The position numbers were made by a program, and so were the translations under genes. The notes under the pieces are model-generated. The model was not told where the DNA came from. It saw only the letters and a program-made list of their open reading frames with translations, and did not search any database. A stretch of DNA of 64,000 nucleotides. Source: Planctomycetota bacterium. GTDB taxonomy: Bacteria > Planctomycetota > B15-G4. The DNA lies in assembly GCA_965248575.1 (NCBI GenBank), contig CBDFJQ010000002.1:480001-544000 (forward strand), in the 5' to 3' direction. Each line of letters starts with the position of its first letter. Position 1 is the stretch's first letter. This document shows, piece by piece, positions 1 through 10,820 of this stretch.

Positions 1-1075
1 CAGCCCCTTCGATCACCGTGTGAAGATCGAAGTCGACGGCCTCGAGTTGCAGCTTGCCCGCCTCGATTTTTGAGTAGTCGAGGATGTCGTTGATGATACG
101 CAGCAGCTGGTTGGCGCTGTCCATGACGGTGCTGGCGACCTCCGCCTGGTGCTTGTCCAGGTCGGTGTCCAGCAGGATGTTGGTCATGCCCATCACGCCG
201 TTCATGGGCGTGCGGATCTCGTGACTCATGTTGGCCAGGAACTGGGCCTTCGCGACGGCTGCGGCCTGTGCTTCCTCCATGGAGACTTGCAACTGCTCAT
301 TGACCTGGAGCAGCTCGTCGGTGCGTTTGGACACCTGGACTTCTAGCTGATCGGCGTGGACCTCCAGCGCGTGCTCGTGTTCCTCCATGGCCACGAGCAT
401 CTCGTTGAAGGTCGCCGCCAGGTAGCCCACCTCGTCGGTCCCGAACGACGGCACGCGCACGGAGTAGTCGTGGTCCGTCCGCACCTTCTGTGCCGCTTGG
501 CCCAAGGTGATGATGGGGCGGGACACCACGCGCTGCACAACGATGGCGAAGAGCAGGGCGACGAGCGAGGCGACGACGGCCACCATCGACATGGTCTCGA
601 CGATGGCTTCGAAACGATGGTCGAGGTGAGCCAGGTTGCTGCGGACCCAGAGGGTGCCAATGGGCTGGCCCTTGAGTCGCACCGTCTCGTACATGGAGAC
701 GCCGGTCTCGTCGAAGCTGTGCTTGGAGTGATCCACCGTCGGTGGGCGGAAATCCTCGGGGTTGCCGGGCCGTCCGAAGGACGCCACGACTTCGCCGTGT
801 TCATCGAAGAGGCAGGCGGCCTCGATCTGCGGTTGGGCGCGGAACGCCTCCAGGGAGGCCTCCGCCTTGCTGCTGTCCTGGAACAGGAGCGAGGGGCCGC
901 AATTGGCACCCACGGCCTGGCTGAGCACGCGCAGTTGGTCGGCCAGGCCCTGCCGCGCCAGGTCGCGGTCCATGGTGGTGAACAGGACCCCCGCCGTGAG
1001 CAGGGCCATGCCCGCGGTGAGCATGATCACCAGCAGGAGCTTTTGGCGGACAGAGAGTCGGAGAAAAGGGCTCAC
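1..1075 (-). CDS. Membrane sensor histidine kinase, probably hybrid type (periplasmic sensor, HAMP, HisKA); runs off the window start
   Basis: Not in the ORF track. Manual minus-strand translation from GTG at 1075 gives an N-terminal TM ([21 protein letters not shown]), the H-box [22 protein letters not shown] and [15 protein letters not shown]. Confidence 0.9.
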   Translation of the reverse strand, partial: MSPFLRLSVRQKLLLVIMLTAGMALLTAGVLFTTMDRDLARQGLADQLRVLSQAVGANCGPSLLFQDSSKAEASLEAFRAQPQIEAACLFDEHGEVVASFGRPGNPEDFRPPTVDHSKHSFDETGVSMYETVRLKGQPIGTLWVRSNLAHLDHRFEAIVETMSMVAVVASLVALLFAIVVQRVVSRPIITLGQAAQKVRTDHDYSVRVPSFGTDEVGYLAATFNEMLVAMEEHEHALEVHADQLEVQVSKRTDELLQVNEQLQVSMEEAQAAAVAKAQFLANMSHEIRTPMNGVMGMTNILLDTDLDKHQAEVASTVMDSANQLLRIINDILDYSKIEAGKLQLEAVDFDLHTVIEGA

Positions 1076-1174
1076 CCCTGCGCTATCGGCAAGGCTGACT
1101 CGCGGCCTGTAGGCCGGAAAGACGGCCAAATCCCATGTCTGGCCGCAGTGAGGCTGAAGGGATACAAACGTCCT

Positions 1175-1795
1175 ATGGCATTCTTCTTGTTGTTCGTCGG
1201 TCTGCCCCTGCTGGAGTTCCTGCTGCTTCTGGAAGTGGGGGAACAGCTGGGCTTCTTGAATACCCTCTGGCTGGTGCTGGGAACCGGCTTCCTGGGCGCC
1301 TCCCTGGCCCGCTGGCAGGGGGTGGGCGTCCTGACGCGTCTTCAGCAGGACCTCGCCGAGGGGCGAGCCCCGAAACAGACGGCCGTGGAGGGGGTGGTGA
1401 TCCTGCTTTCGGGGGTGGTGCTGCTGGCTCCGGGCTTCATAACGGATGCCCTGGGCTTGATGGGTCTCTTCCCACCTACCCGCAGATTCATGATCTGGGG
1501 CATGTCGCGGGTGCTGGCGCGAGCCACCAAGGAAGGGCGATTCGCGGGGGGCGCGCCAGGCGCTGGCCGAGCGGGGCCCTTCGGGTCGCGGATCTTCTTC
1601 TCGGGACGCATGGGCGGTCCGGGCCAAGGCCCTGGGGCCGAGCCTTTCGCGGAGGGAGGCATCAAGGACGCGACCGTGGTCCGTCAACGCACCGGCCCGA
1701 GAGAGGATGGGCCAGCTGAAGACGACGCAGGACGCGCGGGGCTCCCTGAAGGAGGGGACGGCTCCTCGAGCGCCGGAGGCTCCTCGCCGGCGTGA
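1175..1795 (+). CDS. fxsA: FxsA family membrane protein with low-complexity tail
   Basis: [22 protein letters not shown]...LARWQG...[13 protein letters not shown] is the FxsA pattern. ATG at 1175 lies inside ORF 356..1795. Confidence 0.85.
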   Translation: MAFFLLFVGLPLLEFLLLLEVGEQLGFLNTLWLVLGTGFLGASLARWQGVGVLTRLQQDLAEGRAPKQTAVEGVVILLSGVVLLAPGFITDALGLMGLFPPTRRFMIWGMSRVLARATKEGRFAGGAPGAGRAGPFGSRIFFSGRMGGPGQGPGAEPFAEGGIKDATVVRQRTGPREDGPAEDDAGRAGLPEGGDGSSSAGGSSPA

Positions 1796-4700
1796 GCGTC
1801 TCCTCGACAGCCGGAAGTGGCGCCCAGGGCAGGGTGTCGCAAGCCTTGCTGCTGCTCCTGCTGTGGCCCTGGATGTGTTCTGCCTGTTCTGACCCGGGTT
1901 CTGATCCCGGGTCCGCTCTGGGTTCCGATCTGGGTGCCGACCCGGCAACGGGTGCGCCTTCCAGCTGGAGCGACGGTAGTCGACGGCTGACTGACCTCTC
2001 GGGTCGCGGCTGGACCGTGGCCCTGGATCCCGATGCGGATTGGGAGAGCGACACCCTCTTTCTACCCGGAGTCGAGCCAGCCTCCTTGGATGTCGCGGCG
2101 CCGAGTGCGGGGTGGGATGCCCTGGCCACGCTGGGTCGACCCGTCAGCGTTCCAGGAACGGTTGAAGGCCTCTTCTGGGACGAGCTGGGCGGCGACTACG
2201 TGGGTGTCAGTCACTGGTCACGCAGCTTCGAAGTACCGCAGCTGCTCGATGGCCAGCGGGCCATGCTGTGTTTTGAAGCCGTGCGCTTGCGAGCGGAGGT
2301 CTTCGTGGACCGCAAGTTGGTGGGCTACGACGCCGTGGGCAACACGCCCTTCGAGGTGGACATCAGCGACGCGTGCCAGCTGCCGGGGTCGCACGAACTG
2401 GTGGTGCGCGTCACGGACCCCGGTGGGAACTTCGATTGGCGCGACTACGATGCCCATCGCTGGGGGACGTTGCCCGACGCCCAGACCCTCCCGGCGAGTC
2501 ACGGCTTCGGGGGCGTGTCGGGCCCGGTGCGCTTGGAGTTGCGCGATGCCCTGCATCTCTCGGACGTGTTTGTCGCGAACACCCCAAGCCTGAAGGAGGT
2601 CCTTGTCACCATCGCCTATGGTGGCCCGGAAGCACCCAAACCGGGCGACGTGGCACCCGATCTGCGACTCCAGCTGGGAGCGGTGGCGAGCGGACCCCAG
2701 AGTCGGCGTGGGGCTGGCTGGGATGGGGAACTGCTCGTCGATCAGTGGGTGACGGGAGGCGTGGTGGAGCAGGGCCTCGACGGGGCGTGCCTCCGCGTGC
2801 GCCTGTCCGTACCCGAGGCCCGGCCGTGGTCTCCGAGTTCTCCGCAACTCTACCGCTGTCGGGCCAGTCTCGGAGAGAGCCCGGCCAGCGCTCTCGACAG
2901 CAGCGATTCCGGGGACGCCCTGAGCGTGCGTTTCGGTTTCCGATGGTTCGAAGCCACCGGCATCGGCGAGGACGCTGTCCTGCGCCTGAACGGTCAGCGC
3001 ACCGTCCTGCGCTCGGCCATCAGTTGGGGTTTCTGGCCTGTGACGGGCCTGGTGCCCACGCCCGAGCTGGCTGTTCGACAGGTGCGCGCCGCCCAGAACC
3101 TGGGGCTCAACATGTTGAACCACCACCGGACCATCGCGGCGCCCGGCCTGCTGGATGTGCACGACGAGTTGGGCTTGCTCGCCTACGAAGAGCCCGGCGG
3201 CTACTGGGCCCAGGGCGGTGACGATTTCTGCGCTGCACTCGCCCGGGAGAAGTGGCTGCGCATGATCCGGCGGGACCGCAATCATCCCTCGGTCGTGATT
3301 TTCAACATGATCAACGAGTCGAAGGTGTTGCCGGAGGGCCGTTTCGAACGGGACCTGTTGGATGCCCAGCGCTTGGACCCGACCCGCATCCTGACGTACA
3401 CCTCGGCCTGGGCCGAGGAGGATGACCCGGCGCTCGGCCTGCACGCTCGACCAGGGCAGCAAGGCCTGCACGCGAGCGGTTGGTGGGACCAGCACAACGC
3501 CCCCGGCCCCGGCACCGACCGGGATGAACATTGGAACGGCCCCGAGGACTACCTCCGCCGCAGTGAGAACAGACGGGACGTCGTGTTCTGGGGTGAAGAG
3601 GGCGCCATCGCCACGCAGCCCCGACTGGCGCTCATCGCGGCAGAAGTGGAGCGAGAGCATCCGGGTTGGGATGGCAGTGCCTATCTCGAGTGGAAGGCCG
3701 CCTATGACGACTACTTCACCGAGAAGGGCTGGGAGGAGTTCTTTCCAGACCTCGACAGCCTCACCCGGAGCCTGGGAGACATCGCCTACACCTATCAGGC
3801 GACGGCGATCACGAACATCCGCCTGGGCGATGTCGCCGACGGTTATGTGGTCAATGGCTGGGAGGGCAGCCGCTTCGAGAATCACTCGGGCATCGTGGAT
3901 TCCTGGCGGCACCCCAAGGGGCATGTCGAACTCCTGGCCGAAGCCAATGCCCCCGTGTCGCTCCAGCTCAAGTTGCGACAGCGAGTGGTGCACGTGGGCA
4001 CCGATCACGGAGCCGGCGTCGTGTCACCCAGCGTGGTGCTGGCCGATGTGGGGCTCATCAATGAGCGGGGGCTGCGTGGCCCGCATGAGCTGCGACTGAC
4101 GGTGAGAGACTCCTCCGGTGCTGCCCAGCGCAGCACCACCCGGGCGGTGACCGTGAGCGGGGGCGATGTGTTCGGGGAAGTGCTCGAGCGCGGTCTGCGG
4201 GTGCTCGTGGATGGTGGGCCGGGCATGTACACGGTGCACGCCGAGCTCTGGCCTGTCGGCGGCGGGGCGGGCGCCGTGGTGACGGGGCAGTCGGAACTGC
4301 TGCTGGTGGATTGGCGTGGTCGACCCGTCCCAGAGGACGGCGCACTGGTGTCCACGGCGGGTCCCCTCGGCTACTTCCTCAATGTGGCCCACGGGGCGGA
4401 GGTCCCAGAGTTCCACGACGGGCTTCCACCCCTGCGCTGGATCGCAACGGATCACCTGGAGCCGGAGCCCAAGCTGCTGGTTCCCGGCGAGTACCTGCGG
4501 AGCCCGGAGGGCGAGCTGGGTCTGAAGGGCGCCTATTACGATGGCGCAGCCTTCCAGCAGTTCGAGCAGGAGCGAACGGACGCCGAGCTGCATTTCCTGT
4601 TCTCTGACGAGGGCCCGTTCCCTGCCTTGGGTGGGACGGACTTTTCGGTCCGTTGGACAGGCAGCCTCGTGCCGCCAGAAACAGGTGTCTATCGTTTCCA

Positions 4701-5382
4701 CACCGAGAGCAGTGGCGGCGTGAGGCTCTGGGTCGACGGGCGCTTGGTGCTTGAGGAGTGGAGTGAGCACAGCCCGCAGCAGGACTCCAGCGAGGCCTTG
4801 TCCTTGGTGCAGGGGCAGGCAGTGTCGCTGAGGCTCGACTTCTTTCAGGAAGACGACAATGCGCGAGTCCGCTTGCTCTGGACGCCGCCCGAAGCCTCCG
4901 CCCGGGGGCGCGCCCTGGTCGAGGAGTTTGGTCGTCGCGTCGCTGAGGACGGCACGACCTTGCTCGTGCTGGACCACGCCACCTCCTGGGCACGATTACT
5001 CGCCGACGCAGGGCTCATCGAGTGGGCGGGAGTCTTGCCCATGGGGCGCTATTGGCTGGGAGGCAACTACTTCGTCAGGGAGCATCCGCTGTTCAAGGAC
5101 CTGCCGGTGAATGGCGGCATGTCCTGGCCCTACCAGGAACTCGTCCACTACGGCATGCCGGGTTTTGGCCTGCGCCTGCAGGGCGAGGAAGCGGTGGCTG
5201 CCTGCATCACCGGGCACACTCCCGAACTGGCAACCAGCGTCGGTGTGGTGCGGCATGGCCGGGGTCGCATCGTGCTGTCGACCTTGGATCTGCCCCGTGC
5301 CATCCCGGGCCCTGCCGGGCCCCACGATGTGCCCAAGGCTCTGCTGATGAACTTCCTTGAGTACGCAGTCTCCGAGCACTGA
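1792..5382 (+). CDS. Exported glycoside hydrolase family 2 protein with inserted PA14 domain
   Basis: GH2 motifs LCFEAVR...VFVD, TPFEVDI and [16 protein letters not shown] (acid/base Glu). PA14 motif [19 protein letters not shown]...GVRLWVDG. Signal/lipobox-like N-terminus. GTGA overlap with fxsA. Confidence 0.8.
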   Translation: MSVSSTAGSGAQGRVSQALLLLLLWPWMCSACSDPGSDPGSALGSDLGADPATGAPSSWSDGSRRLTDLSGRGWTVALDPDADWESDTLFLPGVEPASLDVAAPSAGWDALATLGRPVSVPGTVEGLFWDELGGDYVGVSHWSRSFEVPQLLDGQRAMLCFEAVRLRAEVFVDRKLVGYDAVGNTPFEVDISDACQLPGSHELVVRVTDPGGNFDWRDYDAHRWGTLPDAQTLPASHGFGGVSGPVRLELRDALHLSDVFVANTPSLKEVLVTIAYGGPEAPKPGDVAPDLRLQLGAVASGPQSRRGAGWDGELLVDQWVTGGVVEQGLDGACLRVRLSVPEARPWSPSSPQLYRCRASLGESPASALDSSDSGDALSVRFGFRWFEATGIGEDAVLRLNGQRTVLRSAISWGFWPVTGLVPTPELAVRQVRAAQNLGLNMLNHHRTIAAPGLLDVHDELGLLAYEEPGGYWAQGGDDFCAALAREKWLRMIRRDRNHPSVVIFNMINESKVLPEGRFERDLLDAQRLDPTRILTYTSAWAEEDDPALGLHARPGQQGLHASGWWDQHNAPGPGTDRDEHWNGPEDYLRRSENRRDVVFWGEEGAIATQPRLALIAAEVEREHPGWDGSAYLEWKAAYDDYFTEKGWEEFFPDLDSLTRSLGDIAYTYQATAITNIRLGDVADGYVVNGWEGSRFENHSGIVDSWRHPKGHVELLAEANAPVSLQLKLRQRVVHVGTDHGAGVVSPSVVLADVGLINERGLRGPHELRLTVRDSSGAAQRSTTRAVTVSGGDVFGEVLERGLRVLVDGGPGMYTVHAELWPVGGGAGAVVTGQSELLLVDWRGRPVPEDGALVSTAGPLGYFLNVAHGAEVPEFHDGLPPLRWIATDHLEPEPKLLVPGEYLRSPEGELGLKGAYYDGAAFQQFEQERTDAELHFLFSDEGPFPALGGTDFSVRWTGSLVPPETGVYRFHTESSGGVRLWVDGRLVLEEWSEHSPQQDSSEALSLVQGQAVSLRLDFFQEDDNARVRLLWTPPEASARGRALVEEFGRRVAEDGTTLLVLDHATSWARLLADAGLIEWAGVLPMGRYWLGGNYFVREHPLFKDLPVNGGMSWPYQELVHYGMPGFGLRLQGEEAVAACITGHTPELATSVGVVRHGRGRIVLSTLDLPRAIPGPAGPHDVPKALLMNFLEYAVSEH

Positions 5383-5567
5383 TGGCACAGCCCCTCTAGG
5401 GGCCCGGAGGCGGATTCAGACCCACGAGCCGGGAAAGCGCCGTAGGATGGGCGCCCCTCGCTCCGTGGTGTGCTGCAGTGCGCACTGCAATCGGAGCGCG
5501 TCCCCGGCTCTCTCCCTCTCTCCCTCTCTCCCCTCAGGCCGGACTCCACCTCATGAAGGAGGTTCTC

Positions 5568-7343
5568 TTGCATCACAATCGTTCCGCATCCCGCACCGCT
5601 TGGGCCCTGGCTGCCCTGCTTCCTACCGCTCTCCTGGGCTTCGGCGCTGCACCGGCTGCCGCCCAAGCGGCGGGCAACTTCCAGCTCACCCCCGGCGGCT
5701 GGATCCAGCAAGACGGAGCTCACAGCCATCTCGTCGACCCACAGGTCGTGAGCGTGCGCTTCCTCGACGGGGCCACGCAGGTCGGAGAGCGCCTCGCTGC
5801 CTTCGGGGCGGCTGATGGGCTGCTGGAGGGGTTGAGCATCGTACGAAGCAACCGTCTGGGCATCGTGGACCTCGCGCTTCCTGAAGGCGCTGACCCGCTG
5901 CTCGTGGTGGCCGCCTTGCGCGCCCAGGCTGGCGTGGACTTTGCCGAGCCCAACACCCTGGGTGAGTACACCGCAACACCCAACGACACGAGCTACAGCA
6001 GCCAGTGGAACCTGAAGAACACCGGACAGTCGGGCGGGACGCCCGGCGCCGATGTGGATGCGGAAGCGGCCTGGGATATCCAGGACGGCGAAGCCTCCGT
6101 GATCATCGCCGTCTTGGACAGTGGCACGCAGTGGACCCACACCGACCTGGCCAGCAGCATCTGGTCCAACCCGGGTGAGACGCTCAACGGTCTCGACAGC
6201 GACAGCAACGGTTTCGTGGATGATGTCCGCGGCTGGGATTTTGACGGCAACGACAACGACCCCACCGGCAGCTTTTTCCACGGGACGTTCGTGGCGGGTT
6301 GCGTGGCAGCGTCCAGCAACAACGGGCAGGGCATTGCCGCCCTCGCCGGTGGGGCAGCCGACGGAGTGGGTTGCACCGTCATGCCGCTCAATGTGGGCAA
6401 CTTCTCGCCCAATGGTGCCGTGCTCGACGACGCCATCATCTACGCCGCTGACAACGGGGCCCGGGTCATCACCCTCAGCCTGTCGGTGGGCACCACCTCC
6501 GCCATCGATGCGGCTGTGATCTACGCGGCCGACGTGAAGGGCGTGTTCATCGATTGCGCCTCGGGCAACGGCGGCTCTTCCGTGGCCTACCCGGCGAACC
6601 TGTCCAGGATCATGGCAGTGGCCTCCACCAACCGGAACGACACCAAGTCGGGCTTCAGCAACCCGGGCCCGGAGGTCGAAGTGGCCGCGCCTGGTGAAGA
6701 CGTCATGTCCACGGACCTCGGCGGTGGCTACACCCTCAGCAGTGGCACGAGCTTCGCAGCGCCGCACGTGGCAGCGCTGGCTGGCCTGCTGTTCTCTGAG
6801 GACCCTGCGGCCACAGCGGCTGGCGTGCGCGCCATCATCCGTGCCACGGCCGACGACGTCGGAGCCTCTGGTTTCGACACCGGAACTGGTGACGGCAGGA
6901 TCAACGCCAAGAACGCCTTGCTGGCTCTCTCCGGAGGCTTCGTCTTCGGCCAAGCCGTCAACTACGGCTCGGGTGTCGCCGGCATGGGTGGTGTGACGCC
7001 GAGCATCGGCACGAGCGGAGGAGCCCCGTCCCAGGATGACCCGGGCTTCGCCATCACGATGCGCGGTGGTCGGCCAAGCAGCGTGGCCTACAACCTGTTG
7101 TCCCTGGGGGCTCTCAATGCACCCTTCGAGGGTGGCACCTTGTTGGTGGACCTGAGCCTGCCGTCGGCCAGCGTTGCGGCGATCGCCACTTCTGCCAACG
7201 GTGCCGCGACCCGCCCGCTCCCGATCCCGGACGACGTGATCTTCGTGGGTGTCCAGGCCTTCAGCCAGTGGATCGTGGTGGACGTGGACGGCCCCGCGGG
7301 CTTCTCCTTCACGGACGGGCTCGACCTGATCGTCGGGAGCTGA
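5568..7343 (+). CDS. Secreted subtilisin-like S8 serine peptidase with C-terminal beta domain
   Basis: Triad AVLDSG / HGTFVAG / SGTSFAAPHVA. Signal peptide ends AAAQ. TTG at 5568 is preceded by AAGGAGG (alternative ATG at 5553). Confidence 0.9.
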   Translation: MHHNRSASRTAWALAALLPTALLGFGAAPAAAQAAGNFQLTPGGWIQQDGAHSHLVDPQVVSVRFLDGATQVGERLAAFGAADGLLEGLSIVRSNRLGIVDLALPEGADPLLVVAALRAQAGVDFAEPNTLGEYTATPNDTSYSSQWNLKNTGQSGGTPGADVDAEAAWDIQDGEASVIIAVLDSGTQWTHTDLASSIWSNPGETLNGLDSDSNGFVDDVRGWDFDGNDNDPTGSFFHGTFVAGCVAASSNNGQGIAALAGGAADGVGCTVMPLNVGNFSPNGAVLDDAIIYAADNGARVITLSLSVGTTSAIDAAVIYAADVKGVFIDCASGNGGSSVAYPANLSRIMAVASTNRNDTKSGFSNPGPEVEVAAPGEDVMSTDLGGGYTLSSGTSFAAPHVAALAGLLFSEDPAATAAGVRAIIRATADDVGASGFDTGTGDGRINAKNALLALSGGFVFGQAVNYGSGVAGMGGVTPSIGTSGGAPSQDDPGFAITMRGGRPSSVAYNLLSLGALNAPFEGGTLLVDLSLPSASVAAIATSANGAATRPLPIPDDVIFVGVQAFSQWIVVDVDGPAGFSFTDGLDLIVGS

Positions 7344-7350
7344 TACCCGA

Positions 7351-7452
7351 GCGTCCGGCGCCTTCCGCGCTCTCGGCTTGTGAGCCGCGGGTGCGGAAGG
7401 TCCGGTGCGCGGACCGTCCCGCGTGCAGTTGCGCTCTCAGTCCTAGGAGAGC
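7351..7452 (+). terminator. GC-rich stem-loops downstream of the S8 peptidase gene (possible terminator or stabiliser)
   Basis: CCTTCCGCGC (7361-7370) pairs with GTGCGGAAGG (7391-7400) around an inner CGGCT/AGCCG stem. A second hairpin CGCTCTC/GAGAGCG lies at 7432-7452. No U-tract. Confidence 0.35.
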
Positions 7453-7471
7453 GGTCTCGAAACGGGGAGCA

Positions 7472-7753
7472 GTGGTGGGCGTCGACGGCAGAGCCTCGAA
7501 CGATGGGCCCGATGGGACCGATGGGCAGGAACCCGAGGGCTCCGTGTCCTCGGTCGTGGCCGTCGGCTTCGGGCTGCTGATCGGGTTCGGAATCGTGGGA
7601 CTGCAGGGAGGTTTTGAGTCGCAGCCCGCCGCAGCGGCCCCGACAGCGACTCCCCAGGGGTGGCCGCCGCACCTTTCGCCGCAGCTTCCGCCGGGCATTG
7701 ACGCGCAGGACGTGAGCGTGCTGATGGAGCAGTCGGAGCCCGACCAGGACTAG
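7472..7753 (+). CDS. Small hypothetical single-TM protein
   Basis: GTG at 7472 after GGGGAG; hydrophobic stretch VVAVGFGLLIGFGIVGL; fills the gap to thiC. Confidence 0.4.
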   Translation: MVGVDGRASNDGPDGTDGQEPEGSVSSVVAVGFGLLIGFGIVGLQGGFESQPAAAAPTATPQGWPPHLSPQLPPGIDAQDVSVLMEQSEPDQD

Positions 7754-9534
7754 CCCGGTGTGAGTTCCTGCTCCTCCTGCAACGACTTGGCCGCTTCGTC
7801 ATCGCTCACGTCGCTGTGGCAGGCCGCCAGCCCGTCGTCGGCACTCACGGCACCCTTGGTCTTGGCCGCCAGTCGGTGGATCTCATCGGGGCTGAGCACA
7901 CCCCGTTGTTGAAGGATCTGCACCTGCTCCGGGTTGAGGGCTTCGGTGATCTTCGAGCGGTCCCACTGGAAGCGTTCGTCCTTGCCTGAGACGAACTCCG
8001 TGATCTCCTTGCTGATGCGCACCGAGCACCAGTCGTGGCCGCACATGGCGCAGAAGTCGGTGTCCACATCCAGGTCCTCGTCGTGATACGCGCGCGCCAG
8101 GTCTGGGTCGAAGGACAGCTCGAAATGCTTCTCCCAGTTGAGCGCGGCGCGGGCGGCGGTGAGCTCATCGTCCCGGTCCCGAGAGCCGGGAATGCCCAGC
8201 GCGATGTCCGCTGCGTGCGCGGCGATCTTGTAGGCGACGCAGCCCTGCTTGACGTCCTCCCGCTTGGGCAGGCCCAGGTGCTCCTTGGGTGTCACGTAGC
8301 AGAGCATGCTGGCACCGTGCCAGGCGGCGTTGGTCGCGCCGATGCTGCTGGTGATGTGGTCGTAGCCCGGGAAGATGTCGGTGATCAGGGGGCCGAGCAC
8401 GTAGAAGGGGGCGCCGTGGCAGACGCGACGCTGCAACTTCATGTTGTATTCGACCTGGTCCAGCGGGACGTGGCCGGGGCCTTCGATCATGACCTGAAGG
8501 CCCTTTCTCCAAGCGCGCTCCGTGAGCCGTCCGAGCTCGTAGAGTTCGCCCAACTGGCCCTGGTCCGTGGCGTCGGCCAGGCCTCCCGGGCGCAACCCAT
8601 CACCGATGGAGAAAGTGACGTCGTGCTCGCGCATGACATCGCAGATCTCCTCCCACATGGTGTTCATCAGATTCTGTTTGCGGTGGTGGATCATCCACTT
8701 GGCCAGCAGCGAACCGCCGCGGCTCACGATGCCGATCACTCGCTTGGCTACGAAGGGCAGGTGCTCGTGGAGCACGCCGGCGTGGATGGTGAAGTAGTCC
8801 ACACCCTGTTGCGCCTGGTGGCGCAAGGTCTCAAGCACCATCTCCCGATCCAGATCTTCGATCTTGCGACCGATGATCATCGAATAGATCGGCACGGTGC
8901 CGATGGGCGTCGTGGAGGCGGCGAGGATTGCTTCGCGGGTGGCGTCGAGGTCACCGCCGGTGGAGAGGTCCATGACGGTGTCCGCTCCCCAGCGCACCGC
9001 CCAGTCCAGCTTCTCCACCTCTTCGTCCGTGCCGGAAGCCACGGGCGATGCGCCCATGTTGGCATTGATCTTGGTCAGGCTGGCGCGGCCAATGGCCATG
9101 GGGTCCAGCTGCATCGCCAGGTGGTTGCGATTGGCGGGGATCACCATGCGTCCGGCGGCGATCTCGGCTCGCACCTGGTCCGCAGACAGGTGGGGCTCGC
9201 GCTCTGCGACGCGGCGCATCTCCGGCGTGATCATGCCCAGCCGAGCGTGCTCCAGTTGCGTGATGGGCTTGAATCCCTCGGGCGCGGACCAGCGACCGCT
9301 GTTTTCATCCCGCGACCAATCGTCGGGCATGAAGTCCCAGGCGGTCTTGTCCGACGGGAGCGGCATGCCGGGGGTGTCGGGGGAGCTGAACGTCCACGGT
9401 GTCCCCACCCGATTCGGTGCGGAGAAGCTGCCCGGGTTCGTTCCGTTGGACGTGCTGGACGGGTTGCTGCCCACGGCGGGCAAGGGGTGCCGCTCCGAAC
9501 CGTTGGAGGGGGATGCGATGGGGCTGCGAGTCAT
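7750..9534 (-). CDS. thiC: Phosphomethylpyrimidine synthase
   Basis: [51 protein letters not shown] and CAMCGHDWC (CX2CX4C). ATG at 9534 follows the riboswitch. Confidence 0.97.
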   Translation of the reverse strand: MTRSPIASPSNGSERHPLPAVGSNPSSTSNGTNPGSFSAPNRVGTPWTFSSPDTPGMPLPSDKTAWDFMPDDWSRDENSGRWSAPEGFKPITQLEHARLGMITPEMRRVAEREPHLSADQVRAEIAAGRMVIPANRNHLAMQLDPMAIGRASLTKINANMGASPVASGTDEEVEKLDWAVRWGADTVMDLSTGGDLDATREAILAASTTPIGTVPIYSMIIGRKIEDLDREMVLETLRHQAQQGVDYFTIHAGVLHEHLPFVAKRVIGIVSRGGSLLAKWMIHHRKQNLMNTMWEEICDVMREHDVTFSIGDGLRPGGLADATDQGQLGELYELGRLTERAWRKGLQVMIEGPGHVPLDQVEYNMKLQRRVCHGAPFYVLGPLITDIFPGYDHITSSIGATNAAWHGASMLCYVTPKEHLGLPKREDVKQGCVAYKIAAHAADIALGIPGSRDRDDELTAARAALNWEKHFELSFDPDLARAYHDEDLDVDTDFCAMCGHDWCSVRISKEITEFVSGKDERFQWDRSKITEALNPEQVQILQQRGVLSPDEIHRLAAKTKGAVSADDGLAACHSDVSDDEAAKSLQEEQELTPG

Positions 9535-9639
9535 GGCGGGCTCCGTGCAGCGACACCGAGCTGCGGTGGCGGCGCTGAATCCGGCCAGCGGCGGATCCCG
9601 GGAGGCGTCGACGGAAAGAAGCGGCCGCCAAGCGTCCGC

Positions 9640-9746
9640 AGCTTCCCTACGCAGCCTGCCGGGCACTTGGCCACGGGCCGGTCTGATCAGGTTCGAAGGG
9701 TGTGTTCTCAGCCCACCTCCCCATATGGAGGCGAGCACCCCTAGCG
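9640..9746 (-). promoter_or_regulatory. TPP riboswitch upstream of thiC
   Basis: Minus strand reads CUAGGGGUGC-(P3 hairpin)-GCUGAGA-ACACA-CCCUUCGAACCUGAUCAG...CUGCGUAGGGAAGC, which contains the hallmark TPP elements about 105 nt before thiC. Confidence 0.93.
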
Positions 9747-9800
9747 TGAGACAGACAGCTTAGCGTGTCGTGCCGCCGAGGGCAGCCCTTTGGACAAGCC

Positions 9801-10682
9801 TCAGCTCCAGCGGGTGATCCGGTCGCGAACGCGCCCGAAACCGAGTTCCTCGAAGAGCCCATCGACCAGCTGGGCATCGGCACCCTTCCAGGCGAGTTGG
9901 CGCAGCAAGGCCGATGCGGGGGCTGTGTAGCACAGCGTCGCGAGCTCGCGGCTCAGATACGCGACTTCGCGCTGCGCACGCAGCTTCTGCTCGAGGCTAC
10001 GAGCGCCACGGATCGGAAGTTCGGCGACGCTTGGGAGGTTGTCATAGAGCGCCTCTAGATGATCGAAGTGGCTCAGCAGCGCTTGGGCCGTCTTCGAGCC
10101 CACGCCGGCCACGCCAGGGATGTTGTCCACCGCATCACCCATTAGCCCCAGGTAGTCCGGCACCTGGTGCGGCTGCACACCCAGCTTCTCCATGACCTCC
10201 TGCGGGCCGTAGCGCTTGCCCGCTGCCCAGTCATAGAGCTGGACCCGTTCCCCGACCAGCTGGCAGAGGTCCTTGTCGACCGTGGTGACCACCACGTGGT
10301 GTCCCTTCGAGAGCAGTTGCTGGCAGAGGGTGCCCACGAAGTCGTCCGCCTCGTAACGGACGTCGGCGAAGGTGGTGCCGCCCAAGGCTTCCGCGACCCG
10401 GCGGCAGTCGACGAACTGCTGCTCGAGTTCGGGGGGCGGCAATTCGCGCTGTGCCTTGTAGTCGGGATACAGGTCGTTGCGGAAGCAGGTGTTCAGGCTC
10501 TCATCGAAGGCCAGGGCCCAATGCGTGGGCTGCTCTTCTGCCAGGTAGCGCAGCAGGAACGTGAGGAAACCGTAGACGGCATTGACCGGGCGGCCGTCGG
10601 GGGCGGTCATGGAATCCGGCAGGGAAAACCAGGCGCGAAACACGTACGGGCTGGCATCGATGAGGTGGACTGTGTGTGGCAT
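9801..10682 (-). CDS. Stand-alone 5'-3' exonuclease / flap endonuclease (PolA N-terminal-like)
   Basis: LIDAS...FRAWF, PVNAVYGF, FRNDLYPDYKAQR, YEADD, DKDLCQL and the H3TH motif LMGDAVDNIPGVAGVGSKTA. Confidence 0.92.
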   Translation of the reverse strand: MPHTVHLIDASPYVFRAWFSLPDSMTAPDGRPVNAVYGFLTFLLRYLAEEQPTHWALAFDESLNTCFRNDLYPDYKAQRELPPPELEQQFVDCRRVAEALGGTTFADVRYEADDFVGTLCQQLLSKGHHVVVTTVDKDLCQLVGERVQLYDWAAGKRYGPQEVMEKLGVQPHQVPDYLGLMGDAVDNIPGVAGVGSKTAQALLSHFDHLEALYDNLPSVAELPIRGARSLEQKLRAQREVAYLSRELATLCYTAPASALLRQLAWKGADAQLVDGLFEELGFGRVRDRITRWS

Positions 10683-10820
10683 GGGAGCCATGGTAGGGGC
10701 AAGGCTGGCGAGGGCCAGCGTGGGCCAGCGCGGTCTCGTGGTGGGCGTCCAAGGGACGCGAGCACACGGGTCGCCGGTCGCTGCTTTCTCCTGTGTTTCC
10801 AAGCTGGCTGAGAATCTTGC

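Noticed and set aside
356..1174. N-terminal part of the 479-aa ORF 356..1795
   Set aside because: Antisense shadow of the minus-strand histidine kinase; only the FxsA part from 1175 looks real.
8035..9744. Long antisense or alternate-frame ORFs (this one, 2218..4008, 5148..6953, 44636..46585 and others)
   Set aside because: Typical high-GC shadow ORFs opposite well-supported genes, with no recognisable motifs.
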